Positions 51,574 to 64,000 of a DNA stretch of 64,000 bases are shown in pieces. A program made the position numbers and the translations under genes. The stretch comes from Balanoglossus misakiensis. Its lineage: Eukaryota; Animalia; Hemichordata. A model generated the notes under the pieces. It saw only the letters and a program-made list of their open reading frames with translations, ran no database searches and had not been told where the DNA came from. The stretch's first letter is position 1, and every line of letters begins with the position of its first letter. The stretch spans positions 6,374,301 through 6,438,300 of the forward strand of contig CM082577.2 in NCBI GenBank assembly GCA_040954595.2, read 5' to 3'.

Positions 51574-53210
51574 ATGCCGTTCAAAATGGGAAAACTCTCC
51601 AGAAGAAAAGGTCAATACAAGAAAATTTTGGCATCAAAGAAATTTGCCAAGGAGAAACGTGAAAAGATTAAAAGTAATGGAATTTTTTAAATTCTAATGG
51701 GGACAATGAAAACGTAGCGTGGCCAGGCATAAGCATAGTGTGCAGCAGGGCAGCTACGCTAAACTACCATGAGGAAAACACTGTAACAAACATTGCTGTT
51801 GTTCAGTATGGTAGACACCATATGTAATTTAATGCTGATTCCTTATTATTGCAGAATGTTCTGAAGTGTGTATGCAGTACAGAAATTCAAATAAGTTACA
51901 TGAACTTGGCAGACTGCTAGAAGCATCACATAGTGGAGTAAGGCATCGATTTGAAGAGGGTACAGAATCCTCTGATGGTAAGTACAATGATCTTACTGTT
52001 ACATGTCACTCAGTATCAATTCACCAGTTGCCATGGGCCGTACATTGGTAGTGTCAGGACCTATATCAAAATTTTATTTCTTCTACTGTTAGTTTGTGTT
52101 GGAACAAATGTATGAAATGTATGTAACACATTACATAAAAGACAGTGATGAATGTTGCTAATTGAACTGCCTGTATGTAATCTGCATGGTCAACTCTACA
52201 GTAACTTTTTTCACTTTGACACAATATTCCTAACCCGTCCAGATGTTTGTTTTCATGCAACAGATGTGTCACTGATTATCCACACCCTGGCACACTATGG
52301 CCATATTGAAGTGAGTCCACCAGATGAGGTCAGCAGGGGAGATGTTGAACGAGAACTTGGGAGAGTACGGATGCTGCGCTATGATGGCCAAACTGGACAG
52401 TGCAAGAGATGGTCAGCCCTTGAAGAGTGTAGTCCTGCCAAGGCACAGCCATACATCCAGACAAGTCCTGACTGTTTGGAAAACAACACCTTTGCAAAAC
52501 CTTCTGAACAGGCTTGTGAGCTACAGGGACAGCAACATATAGAATCTCAAAATTCATGTGAAGCACCACGTACTGGAAATGAAACGCTTGAAACAATTAC
52601 CACTATCTCAAAACAATTACACTCAACTCGAAGAGAATTTGAAACCAGTGAGTGTACCTATGTGAAACAGCTGCACGAAAGGATCAATTCAAATGAAAGA
52701 CAGCACATATGCAGTGAATGTGGAAAAAATTTTACCCTGAGTAGGAGTCTGGAAAGGCACATGATGATTCATTCAAATGAAAGACCTTTTGCATGCAGTG
52801 AATGTGGAAAAACATTTACACGCAGTAGTCGCCTGAAAGAACATATGAGCATCCATACAAATGAAAAGGCTTTTGCATGCAGTGAATGTGGCAAATCATT
52901 TACTCAGCATTGCAGTCTGAAGAGACACATGAGGATCCACACAAATGAAAAGCCTTTTGCATGCAGTGAATGTGGCAAATCATTTACTCAGCATGGCACT
53001 CTGAAGGGACACATGAGGATACATTCAAACGAAAGACCATATGCATGCAATGAATGTGGAAAAACATTTATTTGGAAGAGCAATCTGAAGGCACACATGG
53101 GGACACATTCAAAGAAAAGACTTTCGTATGCAGTGAATGTGGGAAAGAGTTTAATTGAAGTACAGTCTGAAGGTGCATATGAGGATCCATATAAATTAAA
53201 CTTCCTTTAA
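51574..53210 (+). CDS. C2H2 zinc-finger protein (5 intact tandem fingers), 3 predicted coding exons, ~389 aa
   Basis: Exons 51574-51673 (basic MPFKMGKLSRRKGQYKK...), 51855-51977 and 52264-53210 are in phase. Five CxxC-x12-HxxxH repeats with HSNERPF/HTNEKPF linkers. The 5' exons are less certain than the finger exon. Confidence 0.8.
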
Positions 53211-56200
53211 GCATACAGTGAATTTGGAATCACTGGTTAATGTAAGCAGAATTGAATGAGGAAAATTTAAGCAAAGGCTGAACAATCTAAACATCCAGCA
53301 TTGTCAGTTTTGTGCTATTCACCATGACCGAATGGCCGAAGTTGCTTACTGGGGAAAGACATGAACATGTTGTTGTTTTTCCATACTGGCCTTCAAGTGT
53401 TGTGGCTGACAACAAGCTTCTCATGAAAGATAATCATTTACCCTAAAATTGTCATTTTAATTTTTTGGGGATAATATATTGAATAAAACATAACTAATAC
53501 AAGGACAATTATTAACCTCATCAGACATCTTAAATTAACATTGATGATTTTTAAATGCTATAAATACACTCAACCTTTCTTCATTAGCCTTCTTCTCTGA
53601 AAGCTACTGCTTCTATGGTTATGCCAACTTGTCTTTCTGTGTTTTTTAATAACTGTGATGGTATGTTGAGAGCTTTCTTTATTTTCTTCTCTCCTATTCC
53701 AGCATGTATCATTTCTATGAAATAAAATGGAGATTATGCACTCAGCTAGCACCAAAATTTTGCTAATGTGTGGAGTGACCATGAATAAACATCTACTACA
53801 CCCCATGTATACTGGGTTCACATCTAGGCCCATGGCCGGGCAAAACTTATCCCGATGATTGTGACAAGATAAGTTAGTCTTTAGTCCCCATTCACATTTT
53901 GTTTGGCACGGTCCTGGTCAACGTCGGCTCGCCAACCTTTGACCTTATAAAGCAGAACCATGTTCATCCTCTTCTGGTTGTTTTTGCGATTTAGACGGGG
54001 CAATTTGACTTTTTAAGCGAGGTATCTAGTATACACGAGTTAACTGGTGATCAGCCCCAAGGCGAAACTGGTGGTGTGGTCGCCAGCAGTGTGGGGATAT
54101 TCAGCAGTCAAGAAAAAGCTTGGTCTTTCTTACAACAATGGCAAATGTGCGATCGGAGAGTATGGAAAATGCCTAAAAGACACTTGATTTCTTCCATAGC
54201 CCAGTCGACTCCTCAATTCACAATTGTCAAATGATAGACCATCAAAATGCCCTATGACGTCATGATGACAATATGCAATGAAACAAATTACTCACCACTT
54301 TCATTTGTTATGCAACCATGAAATTTTGAAGTGTCGCAAATTTAAAGTATCTAAGATGTCATGCAATCACTCTTTGGGTGTTGAAGTTGGTGTCTACAAT
54401 CTCATATCACCTCTTATGGTTTGGTAATCTGTAAGTGTAAGCAACTTTATTTTAATAAGGAGAACTGCGCGATCATTTGAACGCTTAGACACGCCTTCAA
54501 CCATATATGGCAGTGTGTAAATTAGATGAGGTTATTCCTTTTAACGTTTGGTGGCATGTGAGCAGTTTTGTCTAATATTATGTTTGAGAAGTGGTATGCA
54601 CCGTCAAGTATGGGAAACAGCGCCACACAGCGGCGACATTGTATTTCTGAGCAGCCACGCCCACCTGAGAACACTCATCATCCAGAGAGAATATCCGTGT
54701 AGTACACAAACAAGTCATGTAAGAGTAGACGGCCGGCAGTGGTATACGCAACAAACCAAGGAATGTCTCTGGTGAAATAAAACATACATCGATAGACCAT
54801 GTACCGTTAAATTGAAACATCCATACCATTCACGATTTTCAAAGTTGAACACAACGAGCCAACAAATAACAAAGTGACGTCAGCTGCTGGCAGTGTGCTC
54901 AAGCTCGCTTCGGGAAATTGTTTTATATAGAAAAATGATAGTCCCCTGCAAAATTTAAATTCTTAATATATGATTAAAGTATCCGGGGAGTCGTTATTTG
55001 AAAACAGAGAAGAAAGCAGAGTGTTATCCCTCTTTTTTTTTCTTCAGAAACACGTCTTGCAGTTTTGGAATTTGATGCTACAAAATAAAGTATACCCCTC
55101 CTGAGCGCAATATTAATGGATAATTTCAGAATTATAAAATCGGAAAAAAACATCTTGATTCAAATTCTATTATTAAAGAAAGCTGCGTTACCTATTGACA
55201 GACTTGTCATACCTCAGCTCTGCAGTGCCTCGGATCGATATTGCAGCCTTTGTCAAAGTATAAAGTGTGACGTAATTTCCTCAAGTAATCCACGAATGAC
55301 GTATAAAACGTGCGTCAAAAACAAAAACAAGCGGCCTTTGCAAAGAAGGTGTGTCATGACGCTAATGATTGGTTTGCAAATGAAAAAAGAGGCGTTCGAT
55401 TGAGAAATCTAACCTCGAGATCCCCATGTGTTGGATAATTTGTTATTACTAGCTAAGAAAATATTTATGGCGCGAATCTTTCCCCGTAACACTCAAAATA
55501 CTAAGTATAAGTAACACAAGAAAACTGTATATAACAAACGACATCACAGAAAAAAAGTTTGAGAGTTATGACACAGTGTGGTCGACTCGTTTCTGTCCAA
55601 AGAAATCTGGACTGGTCTGATTTCTCGGTCTATTTTTAACCCGAAATAGGAGCAAATTCTGGCGTTTGGTTCTCCAATCTTGGTGAAAAAATATGATAAT
55701 AGTGACTGAAATCTTGACAGGGTGGCGAATGGTGTTCCTATTGGTAACTGGGAAACTTGAACAAAAAAACTTTGGTTCAGTGTACAATATTTCGTGTGGA
55801 GAATGCTGGTGGCGGTACACTTTGTTCCCGGGGCTGTGCGAGTGATTTACACCGCACTGGCGTGTGTTGATACACTGACACCAAAAACAGGGCGTTCTGT
55901 GATGTCTGTTGCCCAGACGCCGACTGTCGGAAGGCGTGAGGTGACCGCGTTTGATGAGTACGTACTGGGCTCATGTCGTCTACCACTGACAGCGCTCGCA
56001 TAGCTAGTCTGTCCGTGCGAACACGCAGGCCTACATCAGCCATCGAGTGAAGCAACGTACTCCGGCCATCGCAGCCGTTGTCTGTGCATGGAATCCTCCG
56101 ATTGTGGAGTACAATAAGTTGATTGACGCGACTCAACTCTATTGTTTCCGGGGGGTGACCAGGTGACGTCGTTGTCTCCCTGTGGCCTAATACAACCTTT

Positions 56201-57159
56201 GCTCTCCATTCACACACTTAGACCTTCCCTGCCCACCCACCCACCCACCCCTACTCGAGCACACTTGTATAGTAGTTATGCCACACGACCGCGAGGCATA
56301 TGCGGTGCCGGGGAGATCGAGCGAGAGGTTCTGACTGACTGTCCGCACCAATCGGCCGTGAAGAGAATATAGCGAATGGTATTCGTGACGAAATCTCCCG
56401 AGTCTGATTCATTAGCGACAAAATCGAAGTGCTGGGTGTATAAACAGGTAGATTAAGATATTGATTGGACATTGGGGATATACCTAACGTTGTTTTTATT
56501 AAAAGTTGCACTGTTTAGAACAGCGCTTGTGTATAAGGAGGCACTGGTGTGAAAACCCTCGGAAACCGACGTTTTTACCGCCCGCGACAGGGTTAACGCG
56601 TAACGGATACTACGGACGGCTGACAGACACTTGCAATTCTTGTATCCGGAGTGCCCGTGTCCTGGAGAATCTCCTTAAAAAGTCGGCGACCGAGATGAAC
56701 CCGTCTTAAAGCCATAAAGAGATTCCTGTGGAAGTGACGCCGAACCACAAAAGCAGGTGTGTACACGGACGGACGTCGCATGAATACAAGTTGTACAGTG
56801 ACATAAACATATGCAATAACGTTGTGATCGCATTGCCTTGAGGCAAACCCAAAGCTTGACACCGAACGGACAAAGATACCCCCCATGCTTCTTGTTGTTG
56901 GGGACCGGTGCTGTTATACTGAAGTAGGATTATTTAAGATTCAACTTTTGACGGAGTTCTAGTTCTGCGTGTGAAGAAGGAGCTTAGCTGAGTAGCTGTC
57001 AAAAAAGTACCGCGCAGATATTTTACGGTACATTGTGTTTATTGTGAGGGATGAATACTATTATGTGCACATGTGCATATAACTGGAAGACTTTTTAAAA
57101 GCAGTGTTTGCTTGTGATATCGGTTTTAGAAGCAACGGGAGGGAACGGTCGTTCGCGAC

Positions 57160-58362
57160 ATGCCGACGAATGAACAACTCGACAGCGAAACCGCCGTCTG
57201 GGGACCGGGAGCGAATCCATCTGTAAGCGGGGCCGTCACTCTGCATGCCAACTACTTGAGGAGCACTCATCACGCCTCGATGGGGGACAGAAGAAAAGAG
57301 ACGGGAACGGACGGGCATGTACAACTGACTGCGCGAATTCAATCGCATCATCACCATCATGGTGTGAGTGACGGACATCTCCAACGAAGGGCCATCAGCG
57401 CTCGTTACCCGCGCCGGGGCGACGGCACAATTAACCACGACGCCAAATATGCGTGGTCCTCCTCCTCCACCACCGCCGGCAGGGATGACAGCAGCAGCAA
57501 GGTGTGGAGGGCGAAAACCGCCAGGAGTCGGACGTTCACAGAAACCTGCGAGGTGGAGGCCGTCAGGATGTACAATATGACGGGCCCCAGGAATGACCCC
57601 AGGCGGAAACGCCACGGAAACGTCCGACCCAAGACAGCTCTCGGCTTCGGGGACCGACAGAACGACCTGTCGCCTGCGGGTAAGCCGCAATCAAGGAACT
57701 CTCACTTTCACGCCAGTCCGCCAACTTTTGACATTGACCCGAACATTCCCATCACAAGTAACTGGGACGGTGTGAAAGACTTGAACGAAGGCAAGGTGTA
57801 CGACCTGTACAGGAGGTACCTTGGAATCGAGTACACGCCTCCGCCGCGAATAAAATCGCCGGATGGCGGCGGTGCGGAGAACGACGATGACGACGCCGCC
57901 GACGAAAGAGATGCGGGCGACAGTGATGAACGCGGGGACTCCGCCGACAACTCGGACAACGCAACGGTTGCCACCACGGACGGGGACTCGGCCGCGGTGA
58001 ACGGGACGCTTGAAAGGAAAGTCAGCGAGGCGAGAAGTGATGTTAGTCTCGCAGAGAAAGAAAACCAAGTCGGGGAAACCGAAGAGACCCAAATTAAGGT
58101 CGCTCAGCCGCCGCAGGAGCAGCGACTCAGCCTGGACTTTCCCGTGAGTCTGAAAGCCGTGAGCAAAGTCAAGAAATCGGTTTCGAGATTCCGCAGGGGA
58201 AGCAAAAAACCAGAAACTGCGGAAAATAACAAAAACAGTCTGCAGCTGCCCCAGTTGGGAGACGGATCGCACGACAGGCGGCAGTCGCAGACACCTGCGC
58301 CAACCCTGAAGGTGAAATGCAGCGCCGAATTCCAAACGGCCATGAAAGGATTGAAAATTTAG
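57160..58362 (+). CDS. Uncharacterised 400-aa, largely disordered protein
   Basis: 1.2-kb GC-rich ORF in AT-rich flanks, preceded by the acceptor ggttttag at ~57128. His tract, acidic tract, basic C-terminus; no domain recognised. Confidence 0.7.
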   Translation: MPTNEQLDSETAVWGPGANPSVSGAVTLHANYLRSTHHASMGDRRKETGTDGHVQLTARIQSHHHHHGVSDGHLQRRAISARYPRRGDGTINHDAKYAWSSSSTTAGRDDSSSKVWRAKTARSRTFTETCEVEAVRMYNMTGPRNDPRRKRHGNVRPKTALGFGDRQNDLSPAGKPQSRNSHFHASPPTFDIDPNIPITSNWDGVKDLNEGKVYDLYRRYLGIEYTPPPRIKSPDGGGAENDDDDAADERDAGDSDERGDSADNSDNATVATTDGDSAAVNGTLERKVSEARSDVSLAEKENQVGETEETQIKVAQPPQEQRLSLDFPVSLKAVSKVKKSVSRFRRGSKKPETAENNKNSLQLPQLGDGSHDRRQSQTPAPTLKVKCSAEFQTAMKGLKI

Positions 58363-60718
58363 TGGTGACAAAATAATCACCAACAACGTTAATTAACTCA
58401 CGAAAGCAAGGAGCGGCAACTTTAATGCAAGCGTTTTATAGAACGTTAAAAAATTTAACAAACCCTCAGTGTGAATAACTTGTATTTTTAATAATTGATT
58501 CAGGACGCAATCTGTGAAACTTGACTTCGATCGCCTCCACAAACGTAGCAACAGAATAGACGTTATCGAATATTTCTGTAAGAAACCGGGAAATCTGATC
58601 GGTTTATCATCAAGCTACATATCCTGCATATTGACCTGATTAATAATATTTATCAACTTTTTTCAGAAACTTTTTATGGTGTAATAACAATTGTATAAAG
58701 TTAACGGACTAAGTCGGAACACCTTATTTTAATATGCAAGTACTTTGTTTTGTGGGTGATAAATGATATTGGCGATAGTGACCGAAACTGCTCGAGAATT
58801 TTTCCCCATGGGTAGCTGGTTGCAGTCTGTAAATTGTACATTTCTTAAGCAATCCCACGTAAACGAAATGTAAAATCTATAAACAATTTGGGCTAGCAGT
58901 AATTAATTTATGCATTAAAGACAGTTATACTATATACGATTTTGTATGTGGCTGTTTGCGTCGCATAAAAACGGTAATGTCTTACGGAACCCATGGATAT
59001 ATTTTACCCAAAACGACGCATGGCTATACCGTAGGATCAGGCGCGGTTGGAAAACACAGCTCACAAAACTATCGACGCATGTGATCTTCGGATTCAGACA
59101 GGCCTATACATTTCGGAAGTTTTCGTGTCAGACGTCTTGATGGAATACCTGTGTAACTTGTATAAACGGGAACTGAATGCCGACAACTTACAGAGCACGT
59201 TGGCAGATCACGACTCCGGCACTGACCTGTTGACATTCTGTCAGCTTTGTTGGGTCAATAAAAAGTCTTAAAGCAAGTGTAGTCACTCTGAGTCAACCCC
59301 AAAATAAGACAGTGTCGAGGAAAAACAAATATGCCATGGTGGTATTTCGAGTTAGAAAGGTGAAAGTTTCCCTTATGTAAAGTTTTCTACGGAATTGTAC
59401 CCGGATTATTGATAACCGCGAAGTTGGCCAATAAAACTTCCTGACGAAATCTCCGAGTCGCCCCGAAGCAACGAATACCAACTTTTTAACCTTCGATTAT
59501 ATTTTACAGCCTTCGTAAATGCCTTGAATATTTAATGTACAGGCTTTGCATTTAGTTTGGTTTAATTTTTGTGTGTGAAAGATTCATCGATTTGCTTTGT
59601 GTGTGCCATCGATCGCAGAAACCGCGTGTGGAGCGGAACACCCAAGTAAGTTAATTGAGGATAGCCGTGATGCTGGAAACGTCGCATCTAACACAGATTC
59701 GCCTTTGTCTTGTGATCTCTTTATTGCTAAGAGATGTTTAAAGGAGACTTTGTTGAGTAATAGAGCGATAGATAAAGGTAAAATAGGGTTATTAGTAGTC
59801 TATTCTGACAAGCGTTTTACGACGTTTTCCCCTTTGCATGCTTTGGGAGGTTGGATCACCTGAGGGTGACTGCTGGGCAGATTTACAGTCGCCCTGCTTC
59901 TCTACTTGAACCGCTTCAAATTCTATACTATGGGCTTGTCACGATACTGTTATTCATCCGGATTCTGACTGTCTCCTGCAGGCAATCTCTCCAAATATGG
60001 AATCAGCTTAAAGAGAAATCAGTGTGTGTGCAAGTGTTTGAATCGCACGCAACCTGACTGGCTGCACATGGGTTTTAGACGTTGACTATTACCTAAAAGC
60101 TACGAAGTTTCAGAAATCATTTCAGTCTACTAGATTTTTTGTCGATCAATCAGCACAAAGTTTCTCTCTTCAATCTACGTTCCACTTTACAGGGTACGGT
60201 GTTGAAATAGGACAAAGGAATTATTATATTTGTCAGAATTCAGTTTCTGTATTGATGCCAGACCAGCTACAGGTGTTTGGTATAAGAACAAATCTTGAGG
60301 CAAAACTCGCAAATTTATTCACGTCAAGATACACTAACTTGTAGGTATAAGCTTTTCGCGTCTCTGGTGAGACCAATCCATAGTTGAACTCGTGAGTTCC
60401 GTTAACCGAGACGGTCCGAGTGGATCCATCGGCGTGCCTTTGTACCGTGAAGTGTAGACTTGATATACAACGGGGGCTTTGTTGCCCTAACAACATATAA
60501 AGCGGGCAAGCGTACCCTACTGGTTGCTAGGTTGGTTAAGAGGCGACCCCCACTGCGGTATGTAACAACACGGCTAATGAAGCGCCCTACAACATAATGA
60601 AGACAGTGTCAACTTGTTCTTATCCTTTAATAATATCGGTTTATGATTTTAACGCACGCCACGACAAAACGAAAATGATGTCGCGTTACAACGGAGACGG
60701 GGAAACAGAATTCAATAT

Positions 60719-62452
60719 TTAGGGCCCAAGCGCATACCAGCGCTTGGGCCCTATTGGTTTCGTTGGGGTTTTTCAGTCTTTCTTTCTTTCTTTCTTTCTT
60801 TCTTTATTCTTGGTTCCATTTTTCGGCCACCTAAATCTCAAAAACTGCAGCACCAACCAGGCTGAAACTTGGTAGGCAGATAGGGGCCAATGAGTAGATG
60901 TGCAGTGGCTCATGAATATTTAATTATTCACGTGACCTGGCGGCCATATTGGATTTTCTGAAAAAATGCAAATCTCAGATCTCAGAAACTACAAGTCAGA
61001 TTGACTTCAAATTTGGTGTGCAGCTAGTATACCTTATGCCCATCATTTTTGTAATTGGATATTATGCTGACAATGTTGCAGTTTTTTTGCTACAGTTGTT
61101 TTTCTGAAATCTGGTCAAAATTTCAAAAATCTTCTTCTCCAGAACCGGCGATAACCGAGTCACGCCATTTGGGGTATGTGGTCACCTAACTGATGTCTAT
61201 CAAGTTTGCGAAGATCATTGTGATTGGTCGAAGATTATGGCGGCCATATTGGATTTTCGAAAAACCATAGTAAAACTTCAAAAATCTTCTTCTCCAGAAC
61301 GGGCGATAACCGAGTCACAAGATTTGGTGTGTGTGGTCATTAAACAGATGTCTATCAAGTTTGCGAAGGGGAATGTGATTGGTCGAAGATTATGGCGGCC
61401 ATATTGGATTTTGTGAAAATCGATTAAAAAGTAAAAATTCCCTTTCTAGCCTAAACATTGATAGCACAGAAATTCTTTTTATGGATATGAATCATCATAT
61501 GACAAGAATTAGCTATAAATATTTTGGTAATTTTGGCAATGACCTTTGACCTACTTTTGACGTATCATTTTTCTGCATATCTAATTACAGGCTAACCAAT
61601 AGGGCTATAAGTTTGGTTTTTGATGTATGTGGATTTGTATGTGATCATAAAATTTTGCTACTTTTCATGACCCCTTTGACCTCTGCTGACCTCATTAAAT
61701 ATGCACATACCTAATTAATGATGAACAAATAGACCTAGAGGTTTGGTTTTTGTTATACATGGACCAGTATGGGGTCAAAATATTTTGCCCAAATGTTGGG
61801 TGACCTCGGATGACCTTTGACCTACTTTTGCATATCTCGACATCCACAGCAGATACAGCCTTGGCGTTTGGAGGTATGGGGCCATAATGAAAAGCCAAAG
61901 TTTTGGGTCATCTGTGACACCTGCTTTACTCATTATTTATGTGCATACCTAATTCCGGGCTAACCAAAATGGCTAGAGGTCTGGTTTTTGTTGGGACATG
62001 GACCACTATGGGTCAAAATTTTCTGCCCAAATTTTGGATGACCTCAGATGACCTTTGACCTACTTTTGCATATCTCAGCATCCAAAGCAGGTACAGCCTT
62101 GGCATTTGGCGGTATTGGGCCATAATGAAAAGCCAAAGTTTTGGGTCACCTGTGACACCTGCTTTACTCATTATTTATGTGCATACCTAATTCCGGGCTA
62201 ACCAAAAGGGCTAGAGGTCTGGTTTTTGTTGGACATGGACCACTATGGGTCAAATTTTCTGCTCAAATTTTGGATGACCTCTGGGTGACTTTTGACCTAC
62301 TTAACACTATATCAACACCAAACATAGATATAACCTTGATATTTCATGGGATAAAACACAGCATTATGTTTCTACTCATTAATTATGTGCATATCAAATA
62401 ATCAGATCAGATAATAGAGCTTGGGCCCGGACAATGCTGCTTGCAGCTTTAA
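60719..62452 (-). mobile_element. Helentron-associated (HINE-like) element with ~239-bp and ~155-bp internal tandem repeats
   Basis: Terminal hairpin tagggcccaagcgc-atacca-gcgcttgggcccta at 60720-60752. (TTTC)n at ~60778-60805. ~155-bp repeats (ttcaaaaatcttcttctccagaac at ~61122 and 61277). ~239-bp repeats homologous to the 26.9-28.0 kb array in reverse orientation. The other end, gcttgggcccggacaatgctgcttgcag, matches the 26833 terminus. Confidence 0.75.
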
Positions 62453-64000
62453 TTATCATTATTTCCAACTATCTCGAAGTCGTTTAAAGCGGAGATAAAA
62501 GCGAACTGAATGGGATCGGCGGTGTTATACAGTATTGCTCGGAGCCATTAAACACACAATAAGCACATGTCAAGATGTACTGAAACCCGGTAGCCACTTT
62601 TATTGGTTGTAAATAGGCCTGGTGATAATACCACAGGACGACGATAATACACTCCCCGGATCCCCGGTGGAAGAATTAAATTGTAAAGAGGTATAGCGGC
62701 CCATCCGTTGAAAAGATGCCCGATTGTCTCCCTTGTCATTTTATGAATAGACAGACTACTGGTTTAATTTAAGAATTCATATGGATAGAGTTCTCCAGGC
62801 AGACAAGTGGTCATTCTTAGTGATTAAATTATCTAGTCTTTTATCCCCCCCATCTATGATAAGGCCCTTATTCTGGCATATACATAAGGGGAGAACCGTT
62901 TAATTTCCAGGGGGGGGGGACTGGCAATAGAAAACATATTGCTGTGACAGTGGCTGAAAATGCCGACATACCCAAATCCTCCACCCTCTCCAGGAATCCA
63001 ATGGTTCTCTCCTAAGACCACAGGGCGGGAAATCTTCAAACTATGGCCCAGAAACGTTGGGAGGGACTGTATGTGCTATGGGATTTGATTTAATTCGTTG
63101 TCAAAGCCAGTTGAAAGAAAATCTATTCTATTTCAGTGACCGGTGAAGACTCTGCTCAACCCATGTGTAATTTGGTATTCTACACCGATTTAAGATTTAC
63201 TCAACCATACAGTCGCTTTGCAAGAAAAGAAATAGGCTTGCCAAGCAAGTCAACAATCTGTTACCATGGCATTAAACTGACTATAAACACCCGTGTCTCC
63301 AAATTGGGGTCAGCAGTCCTGATCAGCAGATCTGTAATCCTATATGCGTATCTTAAAAAGTAATTTGACATGCATGGACAAATAGACCGATTATAGTGTT
63401 TCACCAACTGGGCAAACCACAACAATGTGGAACAGAAGTGCGGTGTTATTAATTAGCCAGGGGGTCCGTGAGGGAAACGATCACTGCGATAATTGGTACT
63501 AATTGGTCTTCAACAATTGTCACTGATTGTTTTAGCCAAAGCCTCATCAGCTATGGACATGCCGTCAAAACTTGTTTCACGCAATCATCTCTGGGAGTTT
63601 TTCATAATGGTAATGATCAATCCAATTTGATTGCCTAACAGATGGAATTCGCCCCACGAGTGCTAAATCCCCTTATTGAAGTCCACGTACTTTCGGATCT
63701 TTGCAAAAGGCTATAACCATCATGATATATGAAGTCGTAATTAATATGAAGCAATCATTATGCAGGATTGTCCTGGCTAATAGACTGGCTGAATTGAAAA
63801 GGATTCCACTTGTTACATCAGATGTACCCTCACCCCAATAAATCAAGATCTTGTTAAAAGTCTTCCTACTTTTCCACTCTTGCTAAGTAATCAATTCTAT
63901 CTGGACCATTAAGTTGTGGAATGTGGTCAGTGTACTGGTCTATAGTGGCCAACTTTGCTTTGCCCTCTGTCTCTACACAACAGCGACTCAGGTGAACTAT

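Noticed and set aside
57061-58386. Antisense ORFs of 209 and 231 aa
   Set aside because: Mirror frames of the 400-aa + strand ORF with no independent coding signal.

Overview
Intron-rich eukaryotic (animal) DNA, most likely a marine invertebrate deuterostome. The taxon is inferred from gene structure and repeat types and cannot be proven from this window. I traced four conserved genes exon by exon with GT-AG sites and consistent phases: SLC39A11/ZIP11 (-), LENG8 (-), a USH1G/ANKS4B-family ankyrin-SAM gene (+) and PHF5A (-). Also present: a C2H2 zinc-finger gene (+), an orphan ~110-aa ORF head-to-head with ZIP11, a 400-aa low-complexity ORF and a possible micro-exon gene near the window start. 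Non-coding content includes three copies of an H/ACA-like snoRNA in LENG8 introns, several MITEs with clear target-site duplications (TSDs), two Helentron-like elements carrying a ~239-bp tandem repeat, and a 135-bp tandem array inside an apparently spliced non-coding unit. The most interesting signal is at the LENG8 3' end: micro-exon/decoy splice sites in the last intron, plus eight UGGUAA (5'-splice-site-like) motifs interleaved with hairpins in the putative 3' UTR, suggesting an autoregulatory RNA retention module. All coordinates were read by eye and no searches were run.
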